Part shown: positions 21,480 to 33,384 of the stretch, piece by piece
How the letters are laid out: every line of letters begins with the position of its first letter
Position numbering within the stretch: the first letter of the stretch is position 1
Origin: an uncultured Acidobacteriota bacterium
GTDB lineage: Bacteria > Acidobacteriota > Thermoanaerobaculia > UBA5066 > Gp7-AA6
NCBI GenBank assembly: GCA_963776755.1
Contig: CAVZNW010000002.1
Location: 269,733-333,732, forward strand
Direction: 5' to 3'
DNA: 64,000 bases
Translations under genes and position numbers: made by a program
Notes under the pieces: model-generated
Database searches by the model: none
The model's input: the letters and a program-made list of their open reading frames with translations, nothing else
What the model was told of the DNA's origin: nothing

Positions 21480-24387
21480 GTGCGGCGCCCGCTCGGCGCT
21501 CTGCTCCTGCTCCTCGCCGCCGCCGTCTCCGGCGGAGCCAGCCTGCCGGCGGGCTTCACCGAAACCTCCTGGAGCGGCATCACGAATCCCACGGCGATGG
21601 CGTTCGCGCCGGACGGCCGGCTCTTCGTCTGCCAGCAGGGCGGGGCGCTGCGCGTCATCAAGAACGGCGCGCTGCTGGCGACGCCGTTCCTGACGCTGAC
21701 CGTCGATTCGAACGGCGAGCGCGGCCTGCTCGGCGTCGCGTTCGACCCCAACTTCCTGCCGAACGCAGTACGTCTACGTCTACTACACGGCGCCGACGCT
21801 CGCCGCCGCACAACCGCGTCAGCCGCTTCACCGCCGAACGGCGACGTCGCCGGCTGCCGGCAGCGAGGTCATCCTTCTCGAGCTCAACAACCTGACGAGC
21901 GCCACGAACCACAACGGCGGCGCGATCCACTTCGGGCCGACGGCAAGCTGTACGTCGCGGTCGGCGAGAACGCCAACAGCGCCAACTCGCAGATCGCTGA
22001 CGAACCTGCTCGGGCAAGATCCTGCGCATCGACAGCCGACGGCACGATCCCGACCGACAATCCGTTCTTCACGACGGCCGACGCGGCGAACAACCGCGCG
22101 ATCTGGGCGCTCGGCCTGCGCAACCCGTTCACCTTCGCCTTCCAGCCCGGCACCGGGCCGGATGTTCATCAACGACGTCGGGCGAGAACACCTGGGAGGA
22201 GATCAACGACGGAATCGCCGGCGCCAACTACGGCTGGCCGACGTGCGAAGGGCGACTGCAGCAACCCGAGCTACGTACCGGACCCCTTCTACACGTACAA
22301 CCACATCACGGTCGGCTGCGCGATCACCGGCGGCGACTTCTACAACCCGGACGTGCCGCAGTTTCCGGCGAGCTACGTCGGCAAGTACTTCTTCGCCGAC
22401 TACTGCGGCGGCTGGATCAAGACCATCGACCCGACGTCGGGCTCGCCGACCGGCGACGACGTTCGCGACGGGGATCTCGAGCCCGGTCGACGTCCACGCG
22501 GACTTCGACGGGAACCTGTATTACCGTCGCCCGCGGCGAGCAACACAGGTCTACCGGGTCACGTACACCGGCTCGAACGCGCCGACGATCACGCAGGACC
22601 CGCTGAGCCAGCTCGATCTCCGTCGGCCACCCGGCGACCTTCAGCGTGAGCGCGTCGGGCGCGGCGCCGCTCTCGTACCAGTGGCAGCGCAACAGCGTCG
22701 ACATTCCCCGGGCGACGCTGTCGTCCTACACGATCGGCTCGGTCGGCCCTCGGCGACAACGGGGACCAGTTCCGGTGCGTCGTCACCAACGGAATCCTCC
22801 CGAACGCGACGAGCGCGCAGGCGACGCTGACGGTGACGTCGAACCAGCCGCCCACGGCGACGATCACGCTGCCGACGGCCGGGACGACGTACGCGGGCGG
22901 CGACACGATCGACTATTCGGGCACGGCGACGGACCCGGAGGACGGGCACGCTGCCCGGCCCGCGCCTTCACCTGGTGGGTGAACTTCCACCACGACACGC
23001 ACTTCCATCCGTTCCTCCAGCCCGACGACGGGCTCGACGAGCGGCTCGTTCACGATCCCGACGGTCGGCGAGACCTCCGCCAACGTCTGGTACCGGATCC
23101 ATCTCCAGGTCGTCGACCCGGCGGGCCTGACCGACGAGAAGTACGTCGACGTCATCCCGCGGACCGTCCACGATCACTCTGGCAACGAGCCCCAACGGCC
23201 TGCAGCTCACCCTCGACGGCCAGCCGCTGACTGCGCCGCAGGCGATCGTCGGCGTCGAGGGGATCATCCGGACTCTCGGCGCGCCCTCGCCGCAGTCCTC
23301 GGGCGGAGTCACCTACACCTACTTCGGCTGGTCCGACGGCGGCACGCAGACGCACGACATCTCGACACCCGTCAGCGACACGACCTACACGGCCAGCTTC
23401 ACGGGCGGCCCGACGCCGACGTTCACCTTCACGGGCAGCCCGACCCCCACGTTCACGCCTTCGCGGACTCCGACGCCGTCGCCGACCCCGGTCGCACCGA
23501 CCGTCTCGTCGATCGCCCCGTCCTCCGGCCCGGCCGCCGGCGGGACCGGCGTCACGGTGACCGGCTCGAGCTTCGTCAACGGCGCGACGCTGAAGCTCGG
23601 AGGCGTTGCGGCCGGGATCCGTCACGGTCGTCGGCCCGACGCAGATCACGGGCAACGCGCCCGCGCTTTCCGCCGGAACGCTCAACGACGTCCTGGTCAC
23701 CAACCCGGGAAACGGCCTGGGCACGCTGCCGCGGGGCTGGTTCGCCGATTTCGTCGGACGTGCCCCAGGCCAACATCTTCCACGGCGACGTCGAGACGAT
23801 CTTCCGCGGCGGCGTCACGGCCGGATGCGGGGGAGGCAACTACTGCCCGGCAGCCTCGTGACGCGCGCGCAGATGGCGGTCTTCCTGCTGAAGGGCGAGC
23901 ACGGCGGCAGCTACCAGCCCCCGGCCTGCTCGGCGACGGTTTTCGCGGACGTCCCGTGTCCCGGGCGGCCCGTTCGTCGACTGGATCAACCAGCTCGCGG
24001 CCGAGGGCATCACGGGCGGGTGCGGCGGCGGCAACTACTGCCCCTCGAATCCGCTCACGCGGGCGCAGATGGCGGTTTTCCTGCTGAAGGGCAAGCACGG
24101 CAGCGCCTACCAGCCGCCGGCCTGCTCGGCCACGGTCTTCGGCGGACGTGCCTTGCCCGGCGGCGCCGTTCGTCGACTGGGTCAACGAGCTTGCGGCCGA
24201 GGGCATCACCGCCGGCTGCGGCGGCGGCAACTACTGCCCGACGGCCGGCACGCCGCGCGGGCAGATGGCGACCTTCCTCGTCCGGACCTTCGGCCGTCCT
24301 GCTCGCCTGGCCCGGGCTCCGGCGAGCGGGGGCCGGCGCCCGGCGACCCTGATCCGCCGGACCAGGCCCCCGGACGCGGCGTGTTGA
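21480..24387 (+). CDS. Secreted GSDH multidomain protein 2: GSDH, Ig, PKD-like, short stalk, IPT/TIG, three SLH (frameshifted)
   Basis: GTG start and signal peptide [19 protein letters not shown]. The head is very close to protein 1 ([20 protein letters not shown]). It lacks the two ConA-like domains. Confidence 0.82.
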
Positions 24388-24412
24388 CAGGTCCGCCCTG
24401 CTTACGTATTCT
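24384..24412 (+). promoter_or_regulatory. Sigma70 promoter of the rplM-rpsI-rpsB-tsf operon
   Basis: TTGACA (24384-24389), a 17 nt spacer and TATTCT (24407-24412). Confidence 0.8.
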
Positions 24413-24495
24413 TACGCGCCCTCGAAACGGGGGCTCCGCCCGGGCCCGCCCTCGGCGCGGGCCTACCTTGAGAGTCTTGAATTAGGGGTTTGCAG

Positions 24496-24942
24496 ATGGC
24501 TTCTGGCACATCGACGGTAAAGGCAGCCGACGTCCGCCACGACTGGTTCGTGGTGGACGCCTCCGGCCAGGTCCTCGGCCGCCTCGCGACCAGGGTGGCG
24601 CGCATTCTCTCGGGCAAGCACCGGGCGAACTACGTGCCGTACCTCGACATGGGCGACTTCGTCGTCGTGACCAACGCCGAGAAGGTCAAGCTGACCGGCG
24701 CCAAGCTCGACGACGAAGGTCTATCGCCACCACACGGGTTTCCCGGGCGGCCTGAAGACGGTCGGGGCGCGCGAGCAGCAGGCGAAGTATCCCGAGCGCA
24801 TGATCGAGGACGCGGTGCGCGGGAATGCTCCCGAAGACCAAGCTCGGCCGCAAGCAGTTGAAGAAGCTCAAGGTCTACCGCGGGGACAAGCACCCGCACG
24901 AGGCGCAGCAGCCTCGCCCGTTGAAGGTCGTCGGCCGCTTAG
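24496..24942 (+). CDS. rplM: 50S ribosomal protein L13
   Basis: [37 protein letters not shown] and [17 protein letters not shown] across indels. Confidence 0.95.
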
Positions 24943-24971
24943 GCCGCGCAAGTCGAAAGCTCGGAGGAGTC

Positions 24972-25366
24972 TTGGCAGTCGACATCCAACACAGGGCGAC
25001 CGGACGGCGGAAGACCTCGATGGCGCGCGTCCGGCTCGTCCGGGCACGGGCGCGATCACCGTCAACAAGCGCTCCATCGACGACTACTTCCCCAACGACG
25101 TCCTCAAGATGGTCATCAAGCAGCCGCTCCAGGCGACCGAGACGGTCGAGAAGTTCGACATCCTCGTCGACGGTCGCCGGCGGCGGGCCGCCGGGCAGGC
25201 CGGGGCGATCCGCCACGGCATCTCGCGCGCGCTGATCGAGTACAACCTCGAGCTGCGCAAGAAGCTCAAGAAGGAAGGCTTCCTGACGCGCGACCCCCGG
25301 ATGAAGGAACGCAAGAAGTACGGACAGCACGGCGCGCGCGCCCGCTTCCAGTTCAGCAAGCGGTAA
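24972..25366 (+). CDS. rpsI: 30S ribosomal protein S9
   Basis: TTG start after [33 protein letters not shown] and [26 protein letters not shown]. Confidence 0.95.
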
Positions 25367-25412
25367 AGACGGCTCAGTCGCAGCTCGAGGCGACGGACAA
25401 GGGAGGTGTGAT

Positions 25413-26188
<776 letters not shown>

Positions 26189-26198
26189 ATCCGGAAGG

Positions 26199-26253
26199 CA
26201 GGGCAGCAGGAAGCAGTCGAGCGGGGACCCGGCTCGACCGGCTCCTGCGCCTG
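26199..26253 (+). other. Long imperfect hairpin in the rpsB-tsf spacer
   Basis: Nested pairings CAGG/CCTG, GCAGG/CCTGC, AGC/GCT and GTCGAGC/GCTCGAC. Confidence 0.5.
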
Positions 26254-26288
26254 ACCGACCGCGCAACTCGTAAGGAACTGGGGAAATC

Positions 26289-27169
26289 ATGGAAATCAAC
26301 TCCAAGCTCGTCGAACGATCTGCGCACCGAGACCGGCGCCGGAATGATGGACTGCAAGAAGGCGCTGGTCGAAGCCGCAGGGCGACTTCGACGAGGCCAA
26401 GAAGATCCTCCGCAAGAAGGGCCTCGCCGCCGCGGCGTCGAAGGCCGGCCGCGCGACCTCCGAGGGCCTCGTCGTGGCGCACGTCACGGTCAAGGGCGCG
26501 GTGCTCGTCGAGGTCAACTGCGAGACGGACTTCGTCGCGCGCACCGAGGACTTCCGCGTCTTCGCCGAGAAGCTCGCGGACCGGATCGCGGCGCACGACG
26601 CCTTCGGCGACACGCGCAGCGGGCGACGTGACCGAGCTCGCGAAGCTGTCCTGGCCGGCCGGGGAGACCGTCGGCGACGCGGTCACGCAGATGGTCGCGG
26701 TCCTCAAGGAGAACATCCAGATCCGGCGCTTCGCGCGTCTGACGCCGCGGGCCGACGAGACTTTCGCGAGCTACATCCACGGCAACGGCCGGATCGGCGT
26801 CGTCGTCGGCCTGCCCGGCGGCGACGAGGCGCTCGGCAAGGACCTCGCGATGCACATCGCCGCGTCCGACCCGCGCTTCGCGGCGCGCGGGCGAGGTGTC
26901 GCCCGAGATCCTCGCGACCGAGCGCGAGATCGCGCGCGCCCAGGCCACGGCGGCCGGCAAGCCCGCCAACGTCGTCGAGCGGATCGCCGACGGGAAGGTC
27001 GAGAAGTTCTACCAGGAGGCCGTGCTCGTCGAGCAGGCCTTCGTGAAGGATCCCGAGAAGACGGTCGGCCAGGTCGATCGTCGAGCGGGCCGGCAAGGGC
27101 GCCCTGGACCTGCGCTTCGTCCGGTTCAAGCTGGGCGAAGGCCTCGGCCGCGCCGAAGAAGCGGCCTAG
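26289..27169 (+). CDS. tsf: Translation elongation factor Ts
   Basis: [42 protein letters not shown] and RFKLGEG across indels. Confidence 0.95.
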
Positions 27170-27343
27170 CCTCGGCTTCGCTAGCAGCGCGCTTCGCGGG
27201 CGACCGGAGGGAGGCGGAGGTCGCTCGCGGGAGCCTTGCTCGCTGCGAGGATTCGGGCGCGTCACCTCTTCGGTCGAGCTTCGACGATGCGCCCGAGTTC
27301 GCAGATTTCGACCGTGGCGACGATCATAGATAATCCGCTTCGC

Positions 27344-28079
27344 ATGTCGCAGACGCCCGTCTATCGCCGGATCCTCCTGAAGCTCTCGGGGGAGGCGTTG
27401 ATGGGGGACCAGAAGTTCGGGATCGCTCCGGACGTCGTCGCCCGGCTCGCCGACGAGATCAAGGACGTCCACGCCCTGGGCGTCGAGACCGCGATCGTCA
27501 TCGGCGGCGGCAACATCATCCGGGGCGTCTCCGCGGCGGCGCAGGGCATCGACCGCGTCGCCGGCGACCACATGGGCCTCCTCGCGACGGTGATCAACGG
27601 GCTCGCCCTCCAGGACGCGCTCGAGAAGCGCGGGGTGACCACGCGCCTGATGTCCGCGGTCGAGATGCGCCAGATCGCCGAGCCGTTCATCCGGCGGCGG
27701 GCGATCCGCCACCTGGAGAAGGGGCGCGTCGTCGTCTTCGTCGGGGGAACGGGCAATCCCTTCTTCACGACCGACTCGGCCGCGGCGCTGCGGGCCAACG
27801 AGATCCACGCCGACGTCCTCCTGAAGGCGACGAAGGTCGACGGCGTCTACGACGCCGACCCGAACCGGGACAGCGGAGCGAAGTTCCTCCGGACGCTGAC
27901 GTACCGGCAGGCCCTGGAGGCGGGGCTGCAGGTCATGGACGCCGCGGCGGTCGCGCTCTGCATGGACAACGGGATCCCGATCAAGGTCTTCAACCTCAAG
28001 GTCAAGGGCAACATCCAGCGCGTCGTCGTCGGCGAGGACATCGGCTCGCTGGTCAGCCGCAGGGGGAGCCGAGGCATGA
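27344..28079 (+). CDS. pyrH: UMP kinase
   Basis: [48 protein letters not shown] and VDGVYDADP. The 3' end is inferred (ATGA overlap with frr). Confidence 0.96.
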
Positions 28080-28632
28080 GGCAGGAGCTCAAGGACATCG
28101 AGAAGCAGATGACCGACGCCGATCGCGGCGCTGAAGGAGCGGTTCAAGACGCTGCGCACCGGGCGCGCGAACCTCGGCATGCTCGACGGGATCCTGGTGT
28201 CGGCCTACGGCGCCGACGTCGCCGATCAACCAGGTGGCCAACCTCTCGGTGCCCGAGCCCACCATGATCGTCGCGGCGCCCTGGGACCCGAAGATGGCCG
28301 TCGAGATCGAGCGCGCCATCCGCAAGTCCGAGCTCGGCCTGAACCCGCAGAACGACGGCAAGGTCGTGCGCATCCCGATCCCGGCGCTGACCGAGGAGCG
28401 CCGCAAGGATCTCGCCAAGACGGCGCACCACATGGCCGAGGAGGCGCGCGTCGAGATCCGCCGGTACCGCCACGAGGGCAACGACCGGATCAAGAAGATG
28501 TTCAAGGACAAGAAGATCTCCGAGGACGACGAGCGCCGCGGTCTCGAGGAGTCCCAGAAGCTCACCGACAGGAAGATCAAGGAAGTCGACGACCTCCTGA
28601 AGTCCAAGGAGCAGGAGATCCTGGCCGTCTGA
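28076..28632 (+). CDS. frr: Ribosome recycling factor
   Basis: [43 protein letters not shown] and ISEDDER. Confidence 0.95.
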
Positions 28633-29748
28633 GTGCCCGACTCCGGCATCGTGGTCGTCGGGGCTGGAGTCGTCGGTCTGGCGATTGCGGCCCGCCTCGC
28701 TCGCGACCATCCCGACCTCATCATTCTCGATCGCAATCCTCGATACGGGATGGAGTCGTCGAGCCGCAACAGTCAGGTGATCCACGCCGGGATCTACTAT
28801 CCGCCGGCATCGCTGAAGGCCCGGCTGTGCGTCGAGGGCAACGCGCGGCTCTACGCCCTCTGCTCGGCCCACGACATCCCGCACCGCCGCGTCGGCAAGA
28901 TCATCACTGCGGTCGCTGCGGAAGAGCTCCCCGTGTTGGAGACGATCTTCGAGAACGCTCGAGCCAGCGGCGTGACACTCGAGCGGCTCTCCGAGACGCA
29001 AGCCCGGTCTCTCGAGCCTCGCATGAGCACGGTCGGTGCCCTCTGGTCGGAGACGTCGGGCATCATCGACGCCCACGGCCTGATGGACTACTTCGCGCGC
29101 TCGGCCCTTTCGTCCGGTGCCATCCTCTATGCCGACGCAAGACTGGTTGCTCTCGAGCCGGCCCCGGGCGGCTATCGATTGACGGTCCGGCGGGCCGGCG
29201 AACTGGAGTCCTTCACGGCCGAGCGTGTCGTGAACTCGGCCGGGCTCGACGCGGACACCGTGGCGTCGATGGCCGGCATCGATGTGGACGCGGCCGGCTA
29301 CCGGCTGCATTACTGCAAGGGGAGCTACTTCTCGGCGCCGCCGAGGGCGGCGCGCGAGGTATCGCATCTCGTCTACCCGGTCCCGGCGAAGGAAAGTCTC
29401 GGAGTCCATGTCGTTCTCGACATTGGCGGCCGCCTGCGTTTCGGCCCCGATGCGGAGTACCTGGACGGGCGGGAGCTCGATTACCGCGTCGATCCGGCCC
29501 GGCGGGCAGCATTTGGCGCGGCCGCCCGGCGTCTCCTGCCGGAGATCCGGGACGAGGACCTCGAGCCGGACATCAGCGGAATCCGCCCAAAGTTGCAGGG
29601 CCCGGGTGAGCGCGTTCGAGACTTCGTCATTGCCGACGAGGCGGAGCGCAGCCTCCCTGGCTTCTTTAATCTCGTCGGCATCGAGTCGCCCGGCTTGACT
29701 GCGGCTCCCGCGATCGCCGAGCACGTGGCGGCCCTCGTCGAGGACTAG
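28633..29748 (+). CDS. FAD-dependent oxidoreductase, L-2-hydroxyglutarate oxidase (LhgO)-like family
   Basis: VVGAGVVGLA, SSRNSQVIHAGIYY, VVNSAGLDAD, KGSYF, LGVHV..FGPDAE, SGIRPK and GIESPGLTAA. Confidence 0.85.
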   Translation: MPDSGIVVVGAGVVGLAIAARLARDHPDLIILDRNPRYGMESSSRNSQVIHAGIYYPPASLKARLCVEGNARLYALCSAHDIPHRRVGKIITAVAAEELPVLETIFENARASGVTLERLSETQARSLEPRMSTVGALWSETSGIIDAHGLMDYFARSALSSGAILYADARLVALEPAPGGYRLTVRRAGELESFTAERVVNSAGLDADTVASMAGIDVDAAGYRLHYCKGSYFSAPPRAAREVSHLVYPVPAKESLGVHVVLDIGGRLRFGPDAEYLDGRELDYRVDPARRAAFGAAARRLLPEIRDEDLEPDISGIRPKLQGPGERVRDFVIADEAERSLPGFFNLVGIESPGLTAAPAIAEHVAALVED

Positions 29749-29780
29749 AGCGCGCAACCGACGGCACCGCGCGCCTGAAT

Positions 29781-31275
29781 TCAGGGCCGGGCGGCGTAGA
29801 TCGTCGCCGTGGAGTCGCGTGCGACGACGACGAGGTCGGCCGCCCCCTCGAACTCCTCGACCGAAGGCAGGCGGGGCGAGTAGCCGCCCGCCAGGCGCGC
29901 CGTCACTCCGCGCTGCGAACGTAGGATCTCGAGCGCTCGCGTCAGATCGGAAGCGTAGAGGCCGTTGGGCCGGCGGTTCATCGGGAAGTACCGGACCGGG
30001 AAACGGCGGGCCTGGATTCCGGTGACGTAGAAGAGAGCCTCCGGGTCCGACGCGTAGACGGGTCGGCCCGCCCAGGGCGGACCCCTGAGCTCATGGAGCA
30101 CGGAGGCCGCCATCGCCCGGCTGGTGAATTCCGCCCCGTCCTGGAAGAGCAGCCACCCCCGGCCGGCCGCCAGGGCTCCCGACGCCGCGACGAAGGCCGC
30201 GGCCGCGGCCGCAAGAGCTCGTCGCCGCCGGAGCGGGAGGTCGGGGTCCGACATCGCCCGGTCGAGGACGAGGGCGAAAAGCAGGAGCACGGCGAAGTAC
30301 ACGGGGAGCCAGTGACGCGTGCCGGCGGCGATGGTGGAGTCCACGAAGAGGTGAACGACCACCATGAACACCGCGTAGAGCGGGAGAAACGTCAGCAGCA
30401 GCCGCTCGAACGGGCTGCGGGCCGGCGCGCCGGGGCGCCGCGCGCGCAGGGCGAGCCACACCAGGGCGGTGATCGCGGCGGCGAGGAGCGCGATGCGGAC
30501 CGGCGCCGGAGCCCGCGACGGGAGAATCCAGGTCGAGAGCTCCCTGACGAACCGGGCTGCCACGCCCGCGGCCGGCGGGCGCAAGGCGATCTCGCGATTG
30601 AGGGCGCCGCCCGTGGCGCCGATGTTTCGCCCCATCCAGACCCCGAGCGGCAGGGCAGCGAGCGCCGAGAAGGCGCCCGTCTCGAGGAGTCGCGCGCGCC
30701 AGGGGGCAGCCGGCCGGGAGAGGATCGCGAGCCCGGCCGCTGCCGCCAGCGGAAGGTACGAGTAGCGCGTGGCGAGCGCGAGGCCGACACAGAGCCCGGA
30801 AAGGGCCAGCCACCGCCATGCCGGGGTCTCGAGAAAACGGGCCGCCAGGGCGAGCCCGAGGAATCCCAGGAAGAGCGCGAGCGGGTCCGACATGACGCGG
30901 CAGTACTGCTCGAGCAGAACGCGGGAGGTCAGGACCAGGAGAGCTGCCAGGACTGCCGAACCCTTCCAGCGGGCATATCGGCGCACGGCGACCGCGGCCA
31001 GGACGATCGTCGCGCCGAAGAGGACCGCGTTGAGCAGGCGTGCCGCTTCGGTGCCGCTCCAGCCGAGCCGACCGAGCGTATGGAGCGCCAGGGGAAAGAG
31101 CGGGCAGAAGAGGCTCATGGTCGGGGAATCCGAGCCCGGATTCGCGGCGAAGTCGAGGTAGGCGATCGAATCCCAGCTGACGACCGGGCCGTAACCGGAA
31201 GTCGCGAGCCAGCGCGACGGCGATGCCGGCGGCGCCGAGCACAAGGGCGGGGGCGAGGGATCCCCGGGTCTCCAC
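29781..31275 (-). CDS. Polytopic membrane protein, GT-C fold (ArnT/PMT, GT39/83-like) glycosyltransferase
   Basis: Many transmembrane segments, an N-terminal loop SWDSIAY, PLFPLAL, MSDPLALFL, ATRYSYL and a soluble C-terminal domain. The start is reconstructed across one indel. Confidence 0.62.
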
Positions 31276-31442
31276 GGGGGCAGCGCCGCCGCCGGCGTTT
31301 TCCGGGCGGACGGGGCTCACGGCCTGCCTAGGGTATCCCGGTCGGCCCCAGGCGTTCCCGGCCGGACCCGGGGTGTGGGATCCTCGTCCGGCGTGAGACA
31401 AGCCGACCTTCGTCTCCGGCCCGCCGCCGGGGTCGCCGCGTC

Positions 31443-32106
31443 ATGACCGCCCTGCTCCTCGTCGTGGCAGCAGGCAGCGGAACTCGCCTGGGCCGCAGCG
31501 AGCCGAAGGCGCTCGTATCCCTCGCCGGCCGGCCGCTGCTCGCCTGGACGCTCGAGTCGCTGGCGCCCGGCCGGGTTTGCTCGGACCGTCGTGACGGCGC
31601 CGGCCGACCGCCTCGAGGACTTCCGGCGCATCGCCGGAGACGGCGTCCGGGTCGTGGCCGGGGGAGAGACGCGCTCGGGCTCGGTGCGCGCGGGACTTGC
31701 GGCGCTCGCGGCTTCCGACGCGGACGTCGTCGCTGTGCACGACGCGGCGCGGCCGCTCGTCACGGCCGCCGAGGCGGCCGCGGTCGCGGACGCCGCCGAC
31801 CGGACGGGAGCGGCCATCGCCGCGATCCCGGTGGTCGACACGATCAAGGTCGCGGCGGACGGCCGGATCGTTCGCACGCTCGACCGGTCGCAGCTCGTCG
31901 CCGCCGCCACGCCGCAGGCCTTTCGGACGCCGATCCTGCGCCGCGCTCTCGACTCGGGCCGCGACGCGACCGACGAGGCCGCGCTGTGCGAGGATCTCGG
32001 CATCCCGGTGACCGTCGTGGCGGTTTCGCGCCTCGGGTTCAAGATCACGACCCCGGCGGACCTGGAGCTCGCGGAGGCGATTCTCCGGGCGCGCGCCCGG
32101 AGCTGA
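31443..32106 (+). CDS. ispD: 2-C-methyl-D-erythritol 4-phosphate cytidylyltransferase
   Basis: AAGSGTRLG..PKAL, GGETRSGSV, VHDAARP, VDTIK, TPQAF, TDEAAL and KITTPADL. Confidence 0.93.
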
Positions 32107-32115
32107 GGAGAGAGC

Positions 32116-32599
32116 ATGCTGCCCAGAGTCGGAATCGGATTCGACGCGCATCCGTTCGCCGCGGGGCGGCCGCTGCGTCTGGGCGGCGTGGCGATCGCTG
32201 CACGACGCCGGCCTCGAGGGACACTCGGACGGCGACGCCCTGCTCCACGCGCTGACGGACGCGGTCCTCGGAGCCGCGGGTCTGGGCTCGATCGGCGACC
32301 ACTTTCCTCCGAGCGATCCGGCGTGGAAGGGCGCCGACAGCGCGACCTTCCTGCGGAAGGCCCGCGAGCTCGCCGGCGGGCAGGGCCTCACGATCGGCAA
32401 CGTCGACGCGATCGTCGTTGCCGAAGCGCCGAAGATCGCGCCGCACGTCGCGGCCATCCGTGCCCGGATCGCGGAGATCCTGGGCGTCGAGGCCTCCGCC
32501 GTCAGCGTGCGCGGGACGAGCTCCAACGGCCTCGGCTTCACGGGCCGCCGCGACGGGCTCGCGGCTATGGCGGTGGTGCTCCTGACGGGCTCCCGGTGA
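32116..32599 (+). CDS. ispF: 2-C-methyl-D-erythritol 2,4-cyclodiphosphate synthase
   Basis: RVGIGFDAH, GHSDGDALLHALTDA, IGDHFPPSDP.WKGADS, NVDA and APKIAP. Confidence 0.93.
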
Positions 32600-33325
32600 T
32601 CCTCGCCCGCCTCCACCCCATCGAGGAGGCCATCCGGGCCCGGCCGCGCGAGATCGAGTGGGTGCTCTTCGACTCGCAGCGCCGGGACCGGCGGATCAAC
32701 GAGTTGAAGCAGCTCTGCCGCAGCCAGGGCGTGGCGGTTCGCTACGGGCAGTCCGGCGGCGCTCGATCGGCTCGCCTCGGGCCACCAGGGTGCCGTGGCC
32801 CGGATCGCGGTCCGGGGCTACCTGGAGGAGGAGGCGGCCCTTTCGGGACGGCCGGGGGCCCGGTTCCTGCTGGTCCTGGACGAGGTGCAGGATCCGCACA
32901 ACCTCGGCGCCGCGATCCGGGTGGCCGAAGGGCTGGGGGCCGGGGTGGTCGTCCCGGAGCGGGGCTCGGCCCCCCTTTCGGAGGCCGTCTCCAGAAGCTC
33001 GGCCGGCGCGGTGGAGCGGGTGCCGATCATTCGGGCCAAGAACCTCCGCCGGTTCATCGATCGCCTTAAGAATGAAGGGTTTCAGGTGATCGGCCTCGAC
33101 CCGGCGGGGCAGGTGATCTACGACCTCGACCTGAAGGGCGACCTGGCGCTGGTGCTCGGGGCGGAGGGCAAGGGCATCCGCCGGCTCGTTCGGGAGGGCT
33201 GCGATGCCCTGGCGCGCCTGCCCATGGCCGGTCAGCTCGGGTCCCTGAACGTCTCCACCGCGGCTGCGGCGGCCGGTTACGAGGCCCTCCGCCAAAGGAG
33301 CTCGGAGGCCCAAAAGAGGTCTTGA
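32596..33325 (+). CDS. rlmB: 23S rRNA Gm2251 2'-O-methyltransferase (TrmH/SpoU family)
   Basis: HQGAVAR, LDEVQDPHNLGAAIR, RSSAGAVE, LVLGAEGKGIR and SLNVSTAAA. Confidence 0.9.
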
Positions 33326-33350
33326 TCGAGTGGTTTGCCGCTGCTAGACT
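33322..33350 (+). promoter_or_regulatory. Sigma70 promoter (extended -10) of the tRNA-tuf operon
   Basis: TTGATC (33322-33327), a 17 nt spacer ending TGC, and TAGACT (33345-33350). Confidence 0.65.
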
Positions 33351-33384
33351 CCGCGATTCACGCCGGTGGGGGTAGCTCTTGGTG

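Noticed and set aside
8433-24387. The island as a mobile element or prophage
   Set aside because: There is no integrase, transposase, phage gene, att-like flanking repeat or tRNA boundary, and codon usage is mostly host-like.
27344-28267. Apparent in-frame PyrH-RRF fusion
   Set aside because: Restoring one base near 28057 gives a normal pyrH end (SAAGGAEA-stop) with an ATGA overlap on frr, and frr itself has an indel shortly after.
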